A DNA stretch of 44,950 bases from assembly GCA_045586685.1 (NCBI GenBank), contig JAZNAU010000031.1, forward strand, positions 1 through 44,950, written 5' to 3'. A model generated the notes under the pieces. That model did not search any database and had not been told where the DNA came from. It saw only the letters and a program-made list of their open reading frames with translations. Within the stretch, counting starts at the first letter, position 1. Every line of letters starts with the position of its first letter. Made by a program: the position numbers and the translations under genes. The stretch is from Clostridia bacterium. Lineage in GTDB: Bacteria > Bacillota > Clostridia > HGM11514. Shown in pieces: positions 38,426-44,950 of this stretch.

Positions 38426-39739
38426 GTGGCGAAATTTGAAGAAAACCAGTTGTCTTGTTCTTTCTGCGGAAAAGCGCAGGGAGAGGTAAAACGTCTGATT
38501 ACAGGCCCCACCAGAGTTTGTATTTGCAACGATTGCGTTGACCGATGTATTGAAATTCTAGAAGATGATTTTGAGGCTTTTGATGCAGGACTTTCTTTGG
38601 AGGAATTGCCCAAACCCATTGAAATTAAAAAAATTCTGGATGAATATGTGATAGGACAGCATGATGCGAAAAAGGCTATGGCGGTTGCAGTGTACAATCA
38701 TTACAAACGCATTTGCTGTGAAACGGAATCTGATGTAGAATTGCAAAAAAGCAATATTCTGATGTTGGGACCTACCGGTTGCGGAAAAACACTTCTTGCT
38801 CAGACTCTGGCAAAGATTCTGAATGTTCCCTTTGCTATTGTGGATGCCACCTCGTTAACTGAGGCAGGCTATGTGGGCGAAGATGTGGAAAATATTCTTT
38901 TAAAGCTGATTCAGGCGGCGGATTATGATATAGAATATGCCCAGAAGGGGATTGTCTATATTGATGAAATTGATAAAATCACCCGTAAGAGTGAAAATCC
39001 GTCCATTACCCGTGATGTAAGCGGCGAGGGAGTTCAACAGGCGCTTTTGAAAATTCTGGAGGGAACGGTAGCCTCCGTTCCGCCTCAGGGCGGAAGAAAA
39101 CATCCTCATCAGGAATTTATCCAGATTGATACCACCAACATTCTGTTCATATGCGGCGGAGCGTTTGACGGCTTGGATAAAATTGTGGAAAAGCGAATTG
39201 GCAAAAAGACGATGGGGTTTGGTGCCGAGATTCAGGGCAAGCAAGAAAAAAATGTTGGCGAGCTGTTCTGTATGGTTCAGCCTCAAGATTTGCTGAAATT
39301 TGGCTTGATTCCTGAGTTTGTGGGTCGTCTTCCGGTGGTTGTATCTCTGGAATTGCTGGATGAAGAGGCTTTGGTGAACATCTTAACTAAGCCAAAAAAT
39401 GCATTGACTAAGCAGTATGCAAAGCTGGTTGAAATGGATAATGTATTGCTGGAATTTACGGATGATGCACTGGAGGCCATTGCAAAAAAGGCAATCGAGC
39501 GAAATACAGGCGCGAGAGGATTACGTGCTATTGTTGAGGAAGTGATGACCGAAGCAATGTTTGATATTCCTTCAGATCCTACCATTGAAAAATGCATTGT
39601 GACGAGGGAATGTATTACAGAAGGAAAGCAACCTGAATTATCTCACAACCTGAATCGGAAAAATCTTCGTCAAAAGGACGAAAAGCCTACAGTTGTAGCA
39701 GAGGAAAAGAAGGCTGAAACAAAAGATAATGCATCATAA
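38426..39739 (+). CDS. clpX: ATP-dependent Clp protease ATP-binding subunit
   Basis: CSFCGK zinc finger, [40 protein letters not shown]. Confidence 0.99.
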   Translation: MAKFEENQLSCSFCGKAQGEVKRLITGPTRVCICNDCVDRCIEILEDDFEAFDAGLSLEELPKPIEIKKILDEYVIGQHDAKKAMAVAVYNHYKRICCETESDVELQKSNILMLGPTGCGKTLLAQTLAKILNVPFAIVDATSLTEAGYVGEDVENILLKLIQAADYDIEYAQKGIVYIDEIDKITRKSENPSITRDVSGEGVQQALLKILEGTVASVPPQGGRKHPHQEFIQIDTTNILFICGGAFDGLDKIVEKRIGKKTMGFGAEIQGKQEKNVGELFCMVQPQDLLKFGLIPEFVGRLPVVVSLELLDEEALVNILTKPKNALTKQYAKLVEMDNVLLEFTDDALEAIAKKAIERNTGARGLRAIVEEVMTEAMFDIPSDPTIEKCIVTRECITEGKQPELSHNLNRKNLRQKDEKPTVVAEEKKAETKDNAS

Positions 39740-39741
39740 TG

Positions 39742-39779
39742 AATTGCAAGGAAATGTTCTGCATTTCCTTGCAATTTTT
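39742..39779 (+). terminator. Intrinsic terminator after clpX
   Basis: AATTGCAAGGAAATG-TTCTG-CATTTCCTTGCAATT-TTT. Confidence 0.9.
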
Positions 39780-39819
39780 CTTTTTTTACAGCAAATGACA
39801 GATTATTATTGAAAAGATA

Positions 39820-39848
39820 TGGACAAAAATTTATTTTTGTGATATAAT
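39820..39848 (+). promoter_or_regulatory. sigma-A promoter of XRE-acs operon with palindrome across the spacer
   Basis: TGGACA-N17-TATAAT (extended TG); ACAAAAAT-TT-ATTTTTGT at 39823-39840. Confidence 0.7.
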
Positions 39849-39883
39849 AATAAAATAAGTTTATAAGATGGGAGAGTACCTAT

Positions 39884-40438
39884 ATGGCTGAAGAATTAAA
39901 AATAATTGCGCAAAGAATACGCGAACTTCGAGAGGCATGTGACTATACCCCTCAGACTTTGGCAAAGGAGCTGGGAATAGACGAGAAGGTATATTTGGAG
40001 TACGAAGAAAAGGGTGAAAATATTCCCATCAGCGTTATTTATGATATTGCAAATAAGTTTAATGTGGATTTTTCTCAGATTTTGACAGGAAAAACTGCTC
40101 GTCTGAATAACTATTGTGTGGTAAAAAAAGGTCAAGGCGTGTCTGTAGACCGTTGCCCAGGATATCAGTTCTGGAACTTGGCACAAAATTATGCGGGTAA
40201 GAAAATGGAACCTTTGATTGTAAAGGTGGAACCAAGTGAAACGGATCCCAAGCTAATCACTCATGATGGTCAGGAATTTAACTATGTGTTGGACGGCACG
40301 ATTAAAGTGATTTACGAGGATAAGGAAATTGAATTGAATACAGGAGATTCTATTTACTTCAATCCTACCCGTCCTCACGGGCAAAAAGCAGTGGGTGAAA
40401 AATCTGCAACGTTTCTTACCATGATAATCGGAGGTTAA
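39884..40438 (+). CDS. XRE-family HTH regulator with cupin sensor domain
   Basis: IAQRIRELR..LA.ELGI...YLEYE HTH; HDGQEFNYVLDG, GDSIYFNPTRPH cupin. Confidence 0.92.
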   Translation: MAEELKIIAQRIRELREACDYTPQTLAKELGIDEKVYLEYEEKGENIPISVIYDIANKFNVDFSQILTGKTARLNNYCVVKKGQGVSVDRCPGYQFWNLAQNYAGKKMEPLIVKVEPSETDPKLITHDGQEFNYVLDGTIKVIYEDKEIELNTGDSIYFNPTRPHGQKAVGEKSATFLTMIIGG

Positions 40439-40444
40439 TGACAT

Positions 40445-42121
40445 ATGACATTGCTGGAACGGTTTTTACCGAGAATTGAATTTGATTCTTATGAAGATTT
40501 TAAAAAGAATTATACTGTAAATATTCCTGATAATTTCAATTTTGGTTTTGATGTTGTTGATGCGTGGGCACAGATTGATAAGGAGAAAAAAGCTCTTGTT
40601 TGGTGTGATGACCACGGCGGGGAAGAAGTATTTACCTTTTCGGATATTTCCCGCTTATCAAATCAGACTGTTCATTTTCTGAAGGCACAGGGCATCGGTA
40701 AGGGGGATGTTGTCATGGTAATCCTTCGCCGTCGGTATGAATATTGGATTCTTGCTACTGCCCTTTGTAAATTGGGTGCAACATTGATTCCTGCAACCTT
40801 GCAGTTGACAGCTAAGGATATTGTGTATCGTTGTAATGCAGCCAATGTGAAAATGATTGTAGGCGTCAATGATAACGGTGTATTGGAACAGGTGGAAGCG
40901 GCACTGAAAAAAACGCCTTCTGTCATTGCAAAAGCAACTGTTGCGGAAGAACGAGAAGGCTGGCTCTGCTTTAATAAAGAGATTATCAAATATCCCGATA
41001 CTTATTCCCGACCCACCGGAGCAGAGGCTACATCCAATGATGATATTATGCTGATGTATTTTACTTCCGGCACAACAGGAATGCCTAAAATGGTAACTCA
41101 TACCTTTACTCATCCTTTGGGTCATATTGTAACGGCAAAATATTGGCAGAGAGTACAGGACGGAAAGCTCCACATGTCAGTTTCCGACTCAGGTTGGGCA
41201 AAATTCGGCTGGGGAAAAATTTATGGGCAATGGTTGAGCGGCGCGGTGATTTTTTGTTATGATTTTGATAAATTTACCGCAAAGCTTTTAATGGAAAAGA
41301 TTCATCATTATGGTGTTACTACCTTTTGTGCTCCTCCTACCATGTATCGTTTTATGCTTCAGGAGGAGGAAGAGCAGATTCGAGAAGGATTTTCCACTGT
41401 TGAACAATGCTGTACTGCCGGAGAACCCTTAAACCCCGAAGTATTTAACCGTTTTAAATCAATTACAGGGCTTAGATTGACAGAAGGCTTTGGGCAAACA
41501 GAATCCTCTGTATTACTTGCTAATTTCCAGTGGTTTGAACCCAAACCCGGTTCTATGGGAAAACCATCTCCCATTTATGATCTGCGTCTTTTAACAGCAG
41601 ACAAAACCGAGGCGGAAGATGGGGAAGAGGGCGAAATTACCATTATGAATGTAAAAACCAACCGTCCTGTTGGTTTGTTTACGGGATATGCACAGGCACC
41701 TGAGGTGAACGAACAGGTCATGGGTGACGGCAACTATAATCTGAGTGACGTTGCATGGCGTGATAATGACGGTTATTACTGGTTTGTAGGAAGAAGCGAC
41801 GATGTAATTAAGTGCTCGGGATACCGTATCGGACCCTTTGAAGTGGAAAGTGCATTGATTGAACATCCTGCTGTGTTAGAATGTGCGGTAACAGCGGTGC
41901 CTGACCCCATTCGTGGACAGGTTGTAAAAGCAACGATTGTTTTAACGAAACAATATTCTCCCTCAGATGCTTTGAAAAAAGAATTGCAGAATCATGTAAA
42001 ACGGGTGACTGCACCATATAAATATCCCAGAGTCATTGAGTTTGTGGACGAGCTTCCCAAGACCTTAGGCGGTAAAATTAAGAGAGCTTTGATTCGGAAA
42101 ACGGATAGTGAAGTACAATAA
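40445..42121 (+). CDS. AMP-forming short/medium-chain acyl-CoA synthetase
   Basis: NFNFGFDVVD, YFTSGTTGMPK, AGEPLNP, EGFGQTE, GRSDDVIK.SGYRIGPFEVE, YKYPR, LPKT. Confidence 0.9.
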   Translation: MTLLERFLPRIEFDSYEDFKKNYTVNIPDNFNFGFDVVDAWAQIDKEKKALVWCDDHGGEEVFTFSDISRLSNQTVHFLKAQGIGKGDVVMVILRRRYEYWILATALCKLGATLIPATLQLTAKDIVYRCNAANVKMIVGVNDNGVLEQVEAALKKTPSVIAKATVAEEREGWLCFNKEIIKYPDTYSRPTGAEATSNDDIMLMYFTSGTTGMPKMVTHTFTHPLGHIVTAKYWQRVQDGKLHMSVSDSGWAKFGWGKIYGQWLSGAVIFCYDFDKFTAKLLMEKIHHYGVTTFCAPPTMYRFMLQEEEEQIREGFSTVEQCCTAGEPLNPEVFNRFKSITGLRLTEGFGQTESSVLLANFQWFEPKPGSMGKPSPIYDLRLLTADKTEAEDGEEGEITIMNVKTNRPVGLFTGYAQAPEVNEQVMGDGNYNLSDVAWRDNDGYYWFVGRSDDVIKCSGYRIGPFEVESALIEHPAVLECAVTAVPDPIRGQVVKATIVLTKQYSPSDALKKELQNHVKRVTAPYKYPRVIEFVDELPKTLGGKIKRALIRKTDSEVQ

Positions 42122-42132
42122 TAAAAGAAAAT

Positions 42133-42157
42133 AGTCTCCTGCTACGGGAGGCTTTTT
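42133..42157 (+). terminator. Intrinsic terminator after acyl-CoA synthetase
   Basis: AGTCTCCTG-CTA-CGGGAGGCT-TTTT. Confidence 0.8.
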
Positions 42158-42208
42158 CTCATTATTCAAATATTCTGCATTTTATATGAAAAAATCCGTT
42201 CTTTTTCC

Positions 42209-42237
42209 TTGACAGAGGCGAAAAATGTTGGTATAAT
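42209..42237 (+). promoter_or_regulatory. sigma-A promoter of PFOR gene
   Basis: TTGACA-N17-TATAAT with extended TG. Confidence 0.88.
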
Positions 42238-42263
42238 GAATTGTGGTACCTTTGTACCAATAG

Positions 42264-44950
<2,687 letters not shown>

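Overview
Core-chromosome segment of a low-GC, anaerobic, spore-forming Firmicute (Clostridia-like gene content and order). The first plus-strand block is hprK(3' end)-ROK kinase-murB-rapZ-whiA-dnaE-SLH protein-small Cys/Asp protein, then tRNA-Pro(GGG) and cdaA-cdaR-queH. A minus-strand block follows: uvrB-uvrA-class B PBP, sanA-vanZ-LUD, and L21 leader-rplU-prp-rpmA-obgE. The second plus-strand block is upp, uxaC-uxuB, thrS-sleB-dtd, a P-loop NTPase plus four-subunit VOR-type 2-oxoacid:ferredoxin oxidoreductase, a YhfW-like FAD/Rieske protein, thrC-metallophosphoesterase-tig-clpP-clpX, XRE-cupin plus acyl-CoA synthetase, and pyruvate:ferredoxin oxidoreductase (runs off the window). I saw no prophage, CRISPR array or transposase. 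Highlights: (1) up to four sporulation-type genes have a putative sporulation-sigma promoter inside an RNA hairpin whose 3' arm covers or abuts the gene's own RBS, so read-through transcripts from upstream housekeeping genes could be translationally locked (clearest for sleB and the PBP); (2) a 241-bp transposase-less MITE-like element inserted in the upp terminator with a 26-bp target duplication; (3) a single in-frame TAA in an otherwise intact PFOR gene; (4) an uncharacterised P-loop NTPase heading the VOR operon; (5) thrS and thrC without room for T-box leaders. All calls come from motif recognition by eye; no searches or folding programs were run.
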